Below are positions 24,382 to 39,800 of a DNA stretch of 64,000 nt, piece by piece. Where the stretch lies: NCBI GenBank assembly GCA_965603825.1, contig CBFDEM010000025.1, forward strand, positions 124,001 through 188,000, read 5' to 3'. Origin of the DNA: Blepharisma stoltei ATCC 30299 (Eukaryota; Protista; Ciliophora). Under the pieces are notes generated by a model. It saw only the letters and a program-made list of their open reading frames with translations, made no database searches and was not told the DNA's origin. The position numbers and the translations under genes are program-made. Position 1 is the first letter of the stretch; each line of letters starts with the position of its first letter.

Positions 24382-25854
24382 TTACTTCTTAAACAAATGC
24401 AAAAGCTCTTTTTTATTGATTTTCCCCATTTGGTTTCTTGGAATTTCATTGACTTTTATAAGAACTCTAGGCAGTTTATATGGAGCTAGTCTTTCTCTGC
24501 ACCATTTTTGCAGCTCTTCAAGTTTAAATTCCACGTTATTTTTGCTTTTATAAATCATTCCTATAATTTGGCCATATTCTTCATCAGGAACTCCCACTAT
24601 TGAGACTTCTGCAATATTAGGATGCTCCATTAGTTCTCTTTCTATATCAAGAGCTGAAATTTTGAAGCCTCCTGATTTTATGATATCAGCACTTGCTCGG
24701 CCTAGGATTTTATAGTATTGGGTCTCAGTGTCAATTTCTACAATGTCACCAGTTTTAAAGTATTTTTCGCTGTCAAAAGATTCTGAAGTGGCTTTAGGAT
24801 TGTCGAAATATTCTTTAAAAATTGCAGGGCCTCTGACTAAGAGCTCGCCATCTGTTGTTTTTACTTCAACACCTGGAAGTGGTTTTCCAACCCATCCTGG
24901 TCTGCGTAGGCCATTAAGAGGGTTTGATAAAATCATTCCTGTTTCGCTCATTCCATACCTTTCTAGTAAAGTGTGCCCAGTTATATTCTTCCATTGATTA
25001 AATACGAAATCTGTAAGTGCCATAGACCCAGAGACCATTAATCTAAATTTCTTTAAAGAATTTCTCAGCTGCGCTTTTGCTGTATCATCAAAATTCTCCC
25101 ATTCGTTAAGAAGTTTTGAATAAATTGTAGGAACTGCCATAAAAACATTTAAATCATCATTTTTCAAAAATTCGCTTCATACCTGCTTAGCATCAAATTT
25201 TGGATGCATCGTAATTTTAGCGCCTGAATAAAGAGCGCAGCATAATATATTAACGATCCCATGAACATGATGCAAAGGTAAAGTTTCTAGAATATGGTCT
25301 CTAGAAGTCCATTCCCATGAAGTGACTAAAGCTTGCACTTGTGCTTCAATACTCTCATGGGTATGAACAACCCCTTTTGGTTTTCCTGTAGTCCCAGAAG
25401 TATAGACTATCATTGCTGGCCTATCTTTGCGCATAACCCGATAAGAGTCATTAAATGAGCTACTGATTATTTCAGAAAAATTGCTAATGGGAAGAATTTG
25501 TATATTGAGTTTTTCACCCACTGGCTGCAATTTTGGTAGGTACTGGTTATGGCATAAGATAAGAGATGACCTGGATTGGGTTATCATATATTCCATTTCC
25601 TGCAAAGAATGCTGAGGACAAAGAGGGACAGCTACTCCACCCGATTTCCAGATTCCCCATTGGCAAGCGATATATTCATATGCTTGTGGGATTAAAAATG
25701 AAATTCTTTCAGAACTCAGATCAAGCCTGGAATTCAGGATCCTTTCACTCACTTCATTTGAATGCTTATGAAGATGGTTATAGGTCATCCTCCTTCCTGT
25801 ACAATATACAGCGTCTTGGTTTAAAAACTTGTGAGCTCTTTTAACAATCTCCAT
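24382..25854 (-). CDS. Acyl-CoA synthetase, ACSF3/malonyl-CoA synthetase (MatB)-like (490 aa)
   Basis: YTSGTTGKPKG, LPLHHVHG, FMAVPTIY, ERYGMSE, TGD, DIIKSGGFKISALDIE, PRNQMGK; TGA at 25177 = Trp joins the two ORFs. Confidence 0.93.
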
Positions 25855-26024
25855 TTCTTTTTTATTGGAAATTTTATTATGTAATATTATAGAAGCGCTG
25901 ATTTTTATTATAAAAGATTCCTTAATAAAAAATTACAAGGATGATTTAAGTGAAGCTTTTGAATTTTTTCCCACTATTATTTAATTAAAATCTTTATTGT
26001 TGATAAGTATGAAAGTTTAATTAC

Positions 26025-27479
26025 ATGGCTGAGTATAACGATTACAGTTTTTACAAGCACTTTGAAAGAGCATTGACGCCAGGCTCAATGGCAATTCATC
26101 AAAAAAATTCATCTAAAGTATCTTTTTCGTCATTTCGAATGGGTTCTCCAATAAAGTTTCAATATTTGAATATCAGACCTAGAAGCTCTTATGTAACTGC
26201 TCCAAGCACAAAAAGAATAGCTCCACCAGACTCTACAAGCTCTCATTTAGGCCCAGGCCGCTATAATCATGAAGTCCATGATTCAGGGCCTTCATTTGAA
26301 TTTTCAAGAGATGCTAGATTTCAAGAACGAACCAATTTTAGCTATGATATTTCCCATCTCTTAAAGCACAAGCAACCTTCAGAAGCTATTTCTAAGCGAA
26401 TTGAAGAAAATAAAGATTTAAGGCAATATGAGCCTCGAAAAAAGCTTGAAAGAGCAAAATCTTTATCACAAAGAAGGAAAACAAGAGGTGATATAGCTAA
26501 ACAGACAAAATATTGCATTTTACAATCAATTAAAACGGAACGAAAAGACAGGCTTGATGAAAAATTTAAAAAATTCGAATTAAGAATGAGGAAAAACGAA
26601 GTTTTCCAAGTTAGGTTATCATGGATTTCTGTAATTTCTTTATTTGGCTCAGCAACGATTATGAGATATAAATTAAAGAAAAAAATTATTTTGAGAAGAA
26701 GAGTAATGTCTTCTTTAAAGTGACTCAGGCAAATCTCGAAATGTGTAGGAAAATTTGTTATATTAGGGAAAAAAATCAGAAGACTTAGAGCAAATAGAGT
26801 ATGAATTATATAGATCTTACGAATATATATGCTTATACATGTGAAAAGATGGCTTAAAAACAGAAGGCAACGAAATTTGAACACAATTATTAATGTATTT
26901 GAATCTTCTATTACTTCTTCTGTGATGCTAAAAACCATGTTCAAGTGGCAGCAAAAAGTAATTTTAATGTAGCTTTATACAATTCAGCGTGGGTTAAAAA
27001 AATTTATCCTTATCAAAAGAACCCTTTACGATATTTGGGTCGAAAGATGAAATGAAGCCGAAAATGAAATTTTTGAAAAAAGTTCAGCGAGAAAAACGAA
27101 AAAAAAGAAAACACATAAAAAGTCAAAGAAAGCTGGAACTACGTCTATTCCAGAAGAAATAAAACAAATATATATACGGAATTATATAAGAAAGCAGGTA
27201 AAAAAATATAATGAAGAATACCAAACATATGTGGCAGAAGTTAAAGCGTTAAATTTGCATATTGAAACTCAATTGAAAAAAGTGTCAGCATGAGACGATA
27301 GTGAGCTAAATTTTCCGGATCGGCCACAACCCCCGAATATTTCTTTAGAATTGACAAAAGAGCTGTTAATTGAAATGATTCATACAGCTGAAAGAGAGAG
27401 GACTAAATGGAGTCAATTAAAGGAAGGGGAACAACGAAAGATAACGATATCGAAAAAAAATGAAATAAAACGTAAATAA
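26025..27479 (+). CDS. Hypothetical basic protein with GPGxY and IQ-like motifs; two 15-nt introns (26799-26813, 26958-26972)
   Basis: Frame open with TGA=Trp after removing GTATGAATTATATAG and GTAATTTTAATGTAG; TAA at 27477-27479. Confidence 0.78.
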
Positions 27480-27864
27480 TCAGGCTGTAAAAAATAATTT
27501 TATTTTAATCGAACAAAGGTGAAAAAATAAATAAATTTTATACCTTCTTCGGTTTATTAAAAGCAGTGCTTTAATTGAGCAATTATGATGCAAATTTTGA
27601 ATAGATTGCGGCTGCAGTTTGCGGCTAGGAGTTTTGCCATTTGTTTAAATGATCATGCTATGCGATCAAATATTTTTTAATAATATAATTAATGGCAAAT
27701 CACTAGTATTCTATTGCAGTGCTCTATTAGGAAATTTTAATGTATTTGTCATGCTGCCTCAAAGATTGGCATATGCATGCTATTGTGAAGCTTCAGTAAG
27801 GGTTTAATAGCGAAGTAGAGGATAGTGGCATACATTAGTAAAAAGTGAAGGTGCTTTCGAATAG

Positions 27865-28375
27865 AAGAAAGGTTCTTGACCCAAGTCTCGACTTTAGTAT
27901 CATTCAATAAAATCCTGCATCTTGGACTTTTGTATATAAAATTCAAAGCCCAACACCAGTCATACTTGACACCCATTGGAATAAAAAATAAATGTTAACT
28001 AAAATGATGATAATAAATAGAAATATCTTGTTGGGTATATCAAATCGTCCGTTAAGTAATATAAGCCACAATAAGTAGTAATTCCTGATACTAAAATAGA
28101 TTTTGTATCTATTAAGTTAAGCTGACTTTGACGATAAGGATTAGCATGTCGATGCGGGAAAAAACAAAGAAGGAGTAAAAAAAAGACAGTCAAGGCTTGA
28201 ATCCGGACAGATGTAGATCCTAGCAAAACTGACAAGAAATGATAAGAATTTTCCTATATAGAATAAAAAATTACCTGTAATAGGTTTTCTCTCTGAAGCC
28301 AAGATATAGAAAATCCAAACTTTTGCTTAATGCTGATCGTATCCAATTAGTCTCTTTTAAAGTGTATATATCATA
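27865..28375 (-). pseudogene. Degraded fragment of the multi-TM C-terminus of the adjacent surface-protein family
   Basis: Residual IRIQALTVFF, KSILVSGITTYCGLYYLT and ETWVKNLSS, with frameshifts relative to 28780-29300. Confidence 0.87.
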
Positions 28376-28519
28376 TAAAATTTAAGAATCTTACAAAGTT
28401 TTTTATCGATTGGTCTCGTTATTCGCAGTTTCTTTACATTTTATACAATATAAAAGAATTAACTTCGTTTTTGATTACAAAAGTTAATTTAATTTTATTA
28501 ACTTCATTAAAAGTCATAT

Positions 28520-31500
28520 TTAATCCTCCATTTCTTTTTCAAGCTCTTTTACTGTAGGATGTGGAACAAGCACAAAAAACGATGGGTCTTCTGCTTCTTT
28601 TAAAAATGTAATGCTATTATCGGGATTGATATCACATTCCGCGCTACTTCTAGCAGCTGACATTTCCGGAGTATTATTAATTTCTTTTATTTTTAATTTT
28701 CTCCAGCTCACTAAGTCTTCCTTTTTTTGACTATCCCTTGAAATATCATTTTTTTCTAAATCTGCCTCTTTTTCACCTAAATCAATAGAAGAAAGATTTT
28801 TGACCAAGGTTTCCATTCTTGTTCCACCCATCAAAATTCTACACCACCTGATTTTTGAATACAAAATTCAGAGTCCAATCCCAGTCATACTTGAAATCCA
28901 ATGACCTAAAAAATAAAAATTAACTGCAATAATTATAATAAAAAGAACTAAACTTGTTGAGTATGCTAGTTCATCTGTTAAATAATATAAGCCACAATAA
29001 ATAGTAATCCCTGACACCAAAATAGACTTTGTCTCTAATGCATTAAGCTGTTTTGTGCGATAAGGATGAATTTTTCTGTGAAAGAAGAAGCATATAATGA
29101 GCATAAAGAAAACAGTCAGGGCTTGAATTCGAATTGATGCAGACCCAAGAAAAACTGAGCAGCAGATAATAAGAATTTTTCTATAGAGGATTGAAAATTC
29201 CCAATAATAATTTTCATCTCTGAAGCCGAGATATAGAAAGCCAAATTGCAGTTTTAGCTCTATAGTATTTAAGTGGTCTCTCCGCAAGTGTATATACCAT
29301 AGGCATACTGCAGGAACAGCAATGCATCAAACCAAAATACTTGGAAGCGCAACTATCAGAGAATAAAGGGTATGTTCGTAATTTCAGCACTTAATTTCTA
29401 AGTCAGATACAAGATAATAGGAGCCAGATTCTATTTCCATGCAGTTAAAATTTGAAAAATTGTATTTGACAAGTGAAGGTTGTATTAAAAAGAGCTGGAC
29501 TACTAAAGATCCTATAAATTTATTTTTAAGATACAATTTGTTTTTGGAGCAAAAATAAAAGCATGCCCAAAAAATCATAGTTAAGATAGCCAAAAGTAAA
29601 GGCAATAAAGCCATAAACATCAATTTTGAAAAAAATGGTTTTGAACTTTGTCCTTGCAAATAGCAATCAACTGAAAATATCTGATCAGTTACACTTCCAG
29701 CAGAATTTTGAATTGAAAATAATTCAAGAGCAAGCTGAGGCCAATTTAAATTAAACGAAGCTGTAATGACCACAAGCTGCATATAATTCATAAAAATTTT
29801 GAAATAAACTGAGGTAAGTGATTTTGTCTTATATGCCAGCTTAAAAGAAGATCTTGTCATAATAAGAACAATAATTAGAGCTAGAGCAGTCATTCCAAGC
29901 ATAATTAAAGAGTTTGTAGTTGGATTCGGGCATTCTGAGCATACATTTTCGCCATTTCTTGAGTAGCCATTTTCACAAGATTGGCATAGGTTTCCATAAT
30001 AGCCTTTTTTACAAGCCCCAATTGAGTTATTGGTATCAATTCCACCTAAGCATGCATCTGAATTGGGGCATTTAAAGAAATTATCAGTCAAATTATTTAC
30101 TCTCCAATAGCCTTGTTTAGGGAAAATATTATTTTTTCCATAACATTTAGCAGATGCCGGGCAATCTTTGCAGGGATCGCCTGCGGCAAGATTATAGGTT
30201 CCATAGGCACAAATCTGGCAACTTTTAGTCGCTAAAGCCTCACCAATCTCACATTCTCTTAGTTTGAAATAGAGCGAAGAATCTGATAAGCTACTTGAAA
30301 CAATTGATGAAGTAAATGAAAACCCTACAGTACTTCCTGGATCTCCAGTTATAATAATTTCGCTAAAATTATAAATTCCTGATGATGCTTGCACTTTGAT
30401 TTTTCCTGATAAAGAATAATTAGAGCTATCAGTAACCTCTAGCTGGCATGTACTTGTGCTTTCTGTCAGAACTGTTTGACCATAATGATCTATTATACCT
30501 ACAATTAAGGGACTCGATAAATACTGTCCTGGAGCTGATGGCACTTGTACATCAAGTCTTCTTCTATAACTTAAAACTTTTAAACTGAGAGGGAATGAAG
30601 CCAAATCATCTCCATATAATGCAGAATTATCCAAAAATGACAAGTTGGATATTATTGGCTGGGACAAATATCATTGTATTGCGCCACCACTTAAGCAGGC
30701 ACTATTATCAGTAAAAATCGATTTCCCAATAAAAGCTGAGATTTGTACTGTAGATGTTAAATACAAAGCCCCACCTTCACCTTCATTGCACTGGTTGTTT
30801 TGATTTAAACCAATTGCTGAGTTATTTATAAACTTGCAGTCATTAATTTCTATATTGATATTATTCGAATAAATAGCCCCTCCATATAGTGCTTGACAAT
30901 TTTCAAAAATAGAGCTTTCAATCTTAGCGACATAGTTTGATGAAATCGCAGTTGTGTGGCCAAATTTAATTCCAGCTCCATAAGTCGCTGTTAAATTTTT
31001 GAAATCTGATCGGACTATTGTAACATTTTTACAGTCTAAACAGTTTATTGCTGCACCATTGGCATTAACTCCATCTTGAAAAGTAGAATCAAGGATTTCA
31101 ATAGTCAGGGACTTGCTTGAATCAATTGCAGAGCCTTCGTAATTTTGAAATTTAGTATTAATGATGCTCAAAGTGCTGTCAAATATATAAATCACGCCTC
31201 CTGTGATTGAGGCATAGCTTCTTAAAATAGAGGAATTTATTATTTTGCAGCTGCTTCCAGAAGTGCACTGAAGCGTCCCTCCTACTGGTGACATTGTATT
31301 TTTAAAGCTGCATTTTTCACATATTAAAGAGCTGTCTGTGATAGAGATGCTTCCTGCAGAGCTGGTTGCGAGAGAATTTTGGAAATAAGTGTTATATACA
31401 AATAAGCTTGAATCAATATTAATAGACAGATCACTCCCACTGGTCCCTGTATGGTTTGAAAATGAGGAATCAGAAATGTTGCATGCAGAATAAATCATAA

Positions 31501-34500
31501 AAATGCCAGGGTTTGTATTACCTGAATTATTTAAAACTGAACAGTTTTGTAATGAAATGAGACTACTATCTGATAAAATTGATGCAAAAGAGCCAGCACC
31601 GTTATGCGAAATTTCTGTATTGATTAGATAAGAATAGGATTTATCTGAATTTAGAATTGAAACAGCTGATCCTCTATAGTCGCATTTATTTTCGGAAAAT
31701 ACGGAATTGTTGAAGATAAAAATAGAACTCTGGTCCACTGCAAGTCCTCCACCATCGATTTTTGAAGTGTTTTCAACAATAGTACAATTATTGCAGGTTA
31801 TATTTGAAGAACCTGAAATATATATAGCTCCTCCATCAGAGGTTGCTGAGTTTTCTTTAAAAGCTGTGCTTTCTAAATTAACAATTGACTCATCTTTAAT
31901 AATTACAGCTCCTCCCTTTGTAGCTGAATTTTTATAAAAATATGAATATTCATCAATTCAGTTGCCTTTAGCTATGATAATAGCATTATAGGTATTATTA
32001 TAAAAGTATAGATATGAGGTGTATAAATGGGTAACATCAGAATTTCCATTTATATATAAAATATTGTCGCCTCTGTTTGAAATTATTTTGCTATTTGAAA
32101 AATGTGTTTCAGCAGGGGCTGGGTGGTCTAGGTTTAAAATTGTAGCGTAGCTAGCAGAATTTGAATCAAAAATGCATGAGTTGATAGAAAGTATCCCAGA
32201 TATCATCCTTGCATATATTGAAGTCGCTTTATTATTGATGAAGGTTGAATGAATAATTTGGCTTGATGAATCTAAGTTAATTGATTTATCAATAAAAATT
32301 ATATATTTTCCTCCCTTGTTGTTTGAAACAGTCATTCCACTTATGCTCACCAAAACAGTTGATTGAGTTTCAGACGAAGAAATAGAGACATGCACCAGCT
32401 TTGGACTATTATTTTTTATTTCGCAATTTTTCAGCGAAATAGTTGACTTAATTTTTTCTTTCCCTAAGAAAACTAGAGTACTGTAAAGAGAGTTGGATAC
32501 TGAATCAACAGTGCAGTTTTCTAGCATGATGTTTTGGACAGAGTTTGCATATATAGAAGTTTCACCACCAAGAAAGCTACAGTTAACCAGCTTAAAATCA
32601 CTTATAGAAGCTAAAGAGCTCAATTTTACAACTGACGTGCCAACACTGTTATAAAAATAATTATTTTCAAATGTCAAATTCTTTAACAAAAGTGCAGAGG
32701 ACATAATTGCCTCCAAAGCAATAGAATTCCCGCTTGATTTATTCTCAGAAAACACAGAATTTTGAACTAATGTTTCATTTATACAGCTTGATAAGACTAG
32801 TCCTGCATTATTGCTAGTGCAATAACTACCATAAATTGTATTGTAATCAAAAATAAAATTGTTTGAATTTGTTGTTGCTATAACCGATGAACAGCTAGGG
32901 AAATTATACGATAGGGTGCTGTTTATATAAAGATTACTCAAACTTTTGAGATAATTGATAGTCACAGTGTTTGCGTCTTCGTTTAGATTGTCCCCATTCT
33001 CATTTCAATTCGAATTCATAATATAAAGATTCGGTAGATTGTATAGAGAAATTTGTGATCCTCCAAATGTGTTTTTTATGAAATCCAAGTCCTTCAAAGT
33101 TATGTTCCTGGGAGGAAAATCTACTATTATTTTTTTACCAGAGTCTAATGTAATGACTCTTGAATCTCCACTGATGAACTCTTTATTCAGATTTCCTTTA
33201 TATGAGATGCTAATAATCCCATCATCTTCAGAGAAGTTGTTAAGAAATGTGCAGTTATTTATTAAGATATTTTGGAGATCGTTATTATATTGAGCTATTA
33301 AAGCTAATATCTTGATAGAGCTGTTATTTTTGAAAAGCAGATTTTCGAATCGAATGTTAATTAAATTTTCATATATCGGCTTCTTATTGCTATCGATTAT
33401 TTGAGGCATGTCCATTTGATACTGATTGATATAGAAAAAAGTATCATAATTAAAATTGTATTGTAATACTAAATTTAAGAGAGTTAAATTCAAAATTTGG
33501 TGGAGAGTGAACATTCCCTTTGTTGAATCTTCAGGATCAATATTGTTCACCAAATTATTCTCAAACGTAATATTATCCATTTCTACATAATTTATTTTGT
33601 TGAGCACCATAAATCCAGATAAGTCGATATCATCATTAATTTCATATCCATTGTTAAGCGAAGAAACCGAACTATTTTTAAAATGTATCTCTCCACAATA
33701 ATTTGAGTTGCAAGAATTTGATAAAATGATTCCACTTTGTGGTTTGCTCATGATATTGTAAAAATCTACTGAATTCATATTCAAAATTCCTCCATTTAGA
33801 GTAATAATTGAGTTGTATTGTTGTCTGAAGTTCTTAATCTCAACATTCTAAAATAAAAATTACATTTAAATGTAAAATTGCATTTGATCCAATTATAAAG
33901 AAGTTGGTGCTTTGAAATTTATCACAAGTAGATTGAGGGACATAAGAATTAGAATCTAAAGTATTCCCATGATCATCATAAATTTCTCCACCACTCTCAG
34001 TTGTTTTCTTACAATAATCACAGTCAGAACAATAAGGACTAAACTTTGTGCTCCCATCAAATATGATGTTTTCGAAAGTTACATCAGTTAAAACGTCAAG
34101 TGTTATTGGGTTAGTATCGACTACAAGAGTGACTTTCTCATCATCATCTAAACATCCAGTATGATTATAAATTGAGCAATATAAAGGTTTTACAGTAATT
34201 TTAATCAGCTTATTTGTTTTCCGGTATAAAGGTCTAGAAGCAGTTGCATCATATAAATAGTCATCATCCACAACCAACGTTAAATTATGTGTACCTTTCA
34301 TTAAGTAAACAACTGAATATTTCCATGCTAATTGTGACAGCCCATAAGACAGCGAATTATAAGGATATTCAATTGAGCCATCTCCTTGAGCAACGTTGTC
34401 AGCACTTATAAAACTCTCGTCTTGGACTTCTGCAGTACTTCCATCAGCAACTGGGACACACATTAGCGTTTGGAGTTTTGAATAAGCATAAAGTGTAAAA

Positions 34501-35690
34501 TATCTTGGACAAGTGTCTACACAATATCCATAAAGCTGTATGCTATTACAGTAAATGCACAATTTTGGGTTTACAGAGACACATAATAAGCATTTTGGAT
34601 CATTGCAAAGTGGCCAATAGCATTGAAAATAGTGATAAAAGCAGTCTTCATAATTACAGGAGCTATTGCAAACAAAATTAAAAAGATTGTAATCTAATTC
34701 GCAGCCATGATTTTTATAACAAGAGTTAGGAGAATTGACTGGGTAATTAAAGTCGAGCATAGCAATTTGAGCATAATTCGATGCTCTCAAGATTGACATA
34801 TTTGAGCAGAGAGGGTCAAAATCACAATCTAAAACAAGACACTCTGGCTTGCAACGCCCAAGTTCGGATAGAAGGCAGCCTGAAGCGCATGACTTGCAGT
34901 CATTTCCGTCAAATCCACAGGCTTCATTATTGCATTCGACATTGCAAACTCCATCATTTATCATAGTATTAAAACAATTAATAGCGCAATCTCCACATGA
35001 ATGATTATCATAGTTGCAGGACTTAGCTGAGCACGCAGAATCACATTTTGAGTTTTCTAATAGGTCTGGATAGCATCCTGGAGCACATAAACAGTCACCG
35101 TTATCATAAAAGCAGCTAACTGTATTACATTCGGGATCGCACTGATAGTTTACCAATAAACCCCCATTGCATCCAGGGCTACATGATGAATCTCAGCAAT
35201 CTCCACCGTCATATTGGCAAAAGAAGTTCATGCAGGCCCAATCACAGACTCCATTAGCCATCATGGAGCGTTCACATCCTTGGTTGCATTCCTATATAAA
35301 ACTTACACAGAAATAATTATTAAAATTGCACAAATAATTATTGCATTCTGAGTGACAGACTGAATCTTGAAGAAATTCTAATGTGCAGCCATTTGAGCAG
35401 TAACCACAATCTCCATGATCAAAACCACAGTAAGCCGAATTGCATGAGGAATCACAGACTTCGTTGCTTTTTAAGGCACAGCCAGTTGTATCAGAACAAT
35501 AAGATTCGCAGTCTCCTCCGTCGAAATCACAGCCTTTGTTCATACAACTGAGGTCGCATCGCCCATCTCCAATCTAATTAAAATTTACTGAAGAGGATGG
35601 ACAATCTAGAGAGCACAAAGCCAAAGCACCTGAAAGTGAGAAAATACCGAGCAGAACAGTTTTGAAGCTAAAAAATTGACTTTCTGTCAT
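28520..35690 (-). CDS. Large surface/receptor-like protein A (~2374 aa): signal peptide, ~8-9 LNR (Lin12/Notch)-like repeats, Pmp-like GGAI/FxxN beta-helix, Cys-rich juxtamembrane region, multi-pass TM domain
   Basis: Nine ORF fragments join with TGA=Trp and introns 35574-35588, 35292-35306 (15 nt) and 33848-33863 (16 nt); spliced length 7125 nt is divisible by 3. Repeats of G.CD..C....C.FDGGDC; GGAIY/FxxN repeats. Confidence 0.9.
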
Positions 35691-36848
35691 AATTTGAGAA
35701 ATTATTATAATCCTATTATGGTGGTAACCTAAATATCTGGTTATAAAAAAATAACTGCAAAATAAAACGGAGTATTAAGACTAGAATTTCGCTTGTCAAT
35801 GATTAACTTATTATCAGTAATGCATGCTTTGTTTAATAAATTACTAATTAAAATAATTTGAATATATAAGATAATAAGCAAAATATAATGGATACAAACA
35901 GTTTAATTTAGAAGGTAAGGCTTAAAAATCGAAATTTAATTTTATGATCTCATATTACCATATGGCTGTCTGAGGAAATAAAAAATTAAATTTCTATAGT
36001 GTTTTTTTTTATTTTTGTATCAACATCATATTTGAAAAAGCTTTTTGATAAGGTAGACTCAATTTATCCTAGATCTTTATATATCTAAAGGCTTTTAACA
36101 CATATAATTTCAAAAAATAAAAGTGTCAGTATATAGTGTAATTCAAAAAAATTCTTACTATGCTGGTATATAGTAAAAAATTAAAAAGTATATTAATAAA
36201 ATAGTTTTATTTTAAATTTTTATGCATTTTAAATATATATTAATTTGGCTATGATTTCAAAGCGATAATTTAAAGTAAATTTTGTTTTATTCTAAAAATT
36301 GATTTTAATGAATTGCTTTGAATAATATGCATATAATTATTTTAAAAGTATTTGATGTCATATCTAATATAGCAAATAAAAATATTTTGCCAGTAATTGA
36401 AAGAGTTAAAGATCAAATTCAAGGAATAAAAAATCTGCATTTTAAATTATAATTAAAAATTCATTTAGATCTTTTATTTGTGCGTGTATGATTAAATTCT
36501 GGAGTTATAATTTTTTTTATTATAATTCTGTTAAAAATTTTTTATCAGCCCATGGAAACCGAGATATTAAATGATCCCAGTTTCAATTATAGCATATTTA
36601 GGTTTACATGGCTAATACATAGCTAACATATATGAGATAATTTGATTTCATTATTTGTATATCAATAAAGTATTTATACCATAGAAAAAGAGCTTTTTAT
36701 TGCTCTTACTCAATATATATCTCATTTTCTATCACAATTCAAACAATTTTATATTTCATTTGAATCAAATTCTCACATAATTTTTGAAATTTTTAAAATC
36801 CATCTTTTTATTAAAATGTTTTACAAATTATTTTTGCTAGTCAAAATC

Positions 36849-39800
36849 CTACTCAATTTCTTTTAAAGTAGGAGACCTCACTAGTTTTGGCTTTGAAGGT
36901 TTATCTGCTTCTTGTGGAATTGTTAAGCTGTCTTTATCGATACAATTTTCATATTCTGCGCTGCTTCCAGCTATTGATGCCTCTGGAGAATTATGAATTT
37001 GCTTGATTTTTAATTTTCGTCAATTCTTTAAGTCTTCCCCTTTTTGAATTTCATTTAGATTTGCATTTTTTTCTAAATCTAGCTCATTTTCAGTTATATT
37101 AATAGATGAGAGGTTTTTGAGCCATTCTTCCATTCTTGTCCCATGCATTAAAACCCTTAGCCATCTAAATTTTGAGTACAAAATTCAGAGTCCTATTCCA
37201 GTCATACTTGACATTCATTGTGCCATAAAAAATAGGTTAATTGAAACAATGATAACAAAAAGAATCACTCTTGATGAGTATGCCAATTCTTCAGTTAAAT
37301 AGTATAAGCCACAATAAATAGTGATCCCCGACACTAATATAGATTTTTTTTCTAGAGAATTAAGCTGCTCTGTTTTATAAGGCGTAATTCTTTGATGGAA
37401 GAAAAAGAACAAAAGCACGAAAAAGAAAACAGTCAAGGCTTGAACTCGAATGGATATTGATCCAAGAAAAACTGAGCAGCAAATAATAAGAATCTTTCTA
37501 TAAAGAATTATAAATTCCCAATAATGAGTTTTATCTCTAAAGCCAAGATATAAAAAGCCAAACTGCAGCTTTAGTTCTATAGTATTTAGGCGATCTCTTT
37601 GTAAATGTATATGCCACAAACATAAAGCAGGAATCGCTATGCACCAAATTAAAATACTTGGTAACGCAACAGTTATAGAATAAAGGGTATGCTCACTATC
37701 CCAGCACTGAATTATCAAGTCTGATTTAAGATAATAAGAGCCAGGTTCTATTTCCATGCAGTTAAAAGCAGAAAAGTTGTACCTCACAAGCGAGGGTTGT
37801 ATTAAAAATAATTGGACAACTAAAGAACCTATAAATTTATTCTTGAGATATTTTCTATCCTTAACAAACAAATAATAAACAGTCCAAAAAATCATAGTTA
37901 TAAGAGCCAAAAATAAAGGCAGCAAAGCCATAAAGATCAATTTCGAAAAAAATGGTTTTGTTTTTGGTCCTTGTAAAAAGCAATCGACAGAAAATATCTG
38001 ATCAGTCATACTCCCTGCAGAATTTTGAATTGCAAATAATTGAAGAACAAGCTGAGGCCAATTTAAATTGAATGAAGATGTAATGACGACAAGCTGCAAA
38101 TAGTTCATAAATATTTTGAAATAAACTGATGTAAGTGATTTCTGTCTATAAGCTAATTTAAAAGAAGATATTGTCATAATAACAACAATTGTTAGAGCTA
38201 AAGCAGTCATTCCAGTCAATATCAAAGAGTTTATGGTTAAATTCGGACATTTAGAGCAGACATCTTCTCCATTTCTCGAATAACCTTCCATGCAAGACTG
38301 GCACAAATTTCCGTAATAGCCTTTTTTGCAATCTCCTATTGAATTATTTGCACTAATCCCACCAAGGCATGCATTTGAATTTGGGCATTTCAAAAAATTA
38401 TCAGTCAAATTACTTACTCTCCAATATCCTGGCTTAGGAAAAATATTATTTTTCCCATAGCATTTAGCAGATGTTGGGCAATCTTTACAAGGCTCACCTG
38501 CAATCAGATTATAAGTCCCAGCCTCACAAATTTGGCAACTCTTAGATGCAGAAACTTCACCAACCTCGCATTCTCTTAGCTTAAAATAGAGCGAATCTTC
38601 TGAAGTGTTGCTTGAAATAATTGACGAAGAAAAAGAAAATCCTACTGTACTTCCAGGATCTCCACTTACAATGACCTCACTAAAATTATAAATCCCTGAT
38701 AATGCTTGCACTTTAATTTTTCCTGACAAAAAATAATTAGAGCTATCAGTAACTTCTAATTGACAAGTACTTCCATTTTCTGTAAGAACTGTTTGATTAT
38801 AATGATCCATTATACCTACAATTAAAGGAGTTGCCAAATATTGTCCTGGAGCTGATGGCACTTGAACTTCAAGCCTTCTTTTATAGTTTAAAACTTGCAA
38901 ATTCAAAGGAAATGAAGCTAAATTGTTTCCATATAATGCTGAGTTATTTGAAAATGATAAATTTGATATTATTGGCTGAGAAAAATACCATTTCATTGCG
39001 CCGCCACTTAAGCATGCTGCATTTTCAAAAAAACCTGAATTTTTAATAGAAATGCTGACTTGAGATGTTGACGTCAAATATAAAGCTCCACCTTCCCCTT
39101 CTGCGCATTGACTATTTGCACCTAAATCACTTGCTGAGTTATTTAAAAATTGGCAGTCATTAATATTGATATTTATATTATTCGAGTAAATAGATCCTCC
39201 ATACAGAGATCTGCAATTTTGAAAAACCGAGCTTTCAATATTAGCACTACAATCTGATAAAGTAACAGCTGTCTGGTCAAATTTTATAGCACCACCAGTA
39301 GATGCCAATAAATTTTTGAATTGAGTACGGATTATTGTTACATTTATACAATCTAAAAAATTCAAAGCTGCACCAATGCTATTAAGTCCATTGCTAAATT
39401 CTGAATCAATTATCTCAATAGATTGAGATTTACTTGATTTAATTGCAGAGCCTTCATATGATTGGATTTTAGTATTAATGATGCTAAAAGTGCTGTCAAA
39501 TATATAAATGATGCCGCCAATCGATGATGAATGGCTACCGATAATAGAAGAATCCTTAATTTTGCATGTACTTCCAGAGGAGCATTGAAGAGTCCCACCA
39601 GCAAGTGATTTTGTATTTTTAAAATTGCAATTTTCGCACACTAAAGAGCCATCAGTGATTGAGATGCTTCCTCCTGAGCTAATAGAATGAGAATTATAAA
39701 AATCAGAGTTATATATAAATAAACTTGATTCAATATTTATAGAGATGTCACTTCCACTAGCTCCTGTGTGATTTGAAAATGATGTTTCAGAAATATTGCA

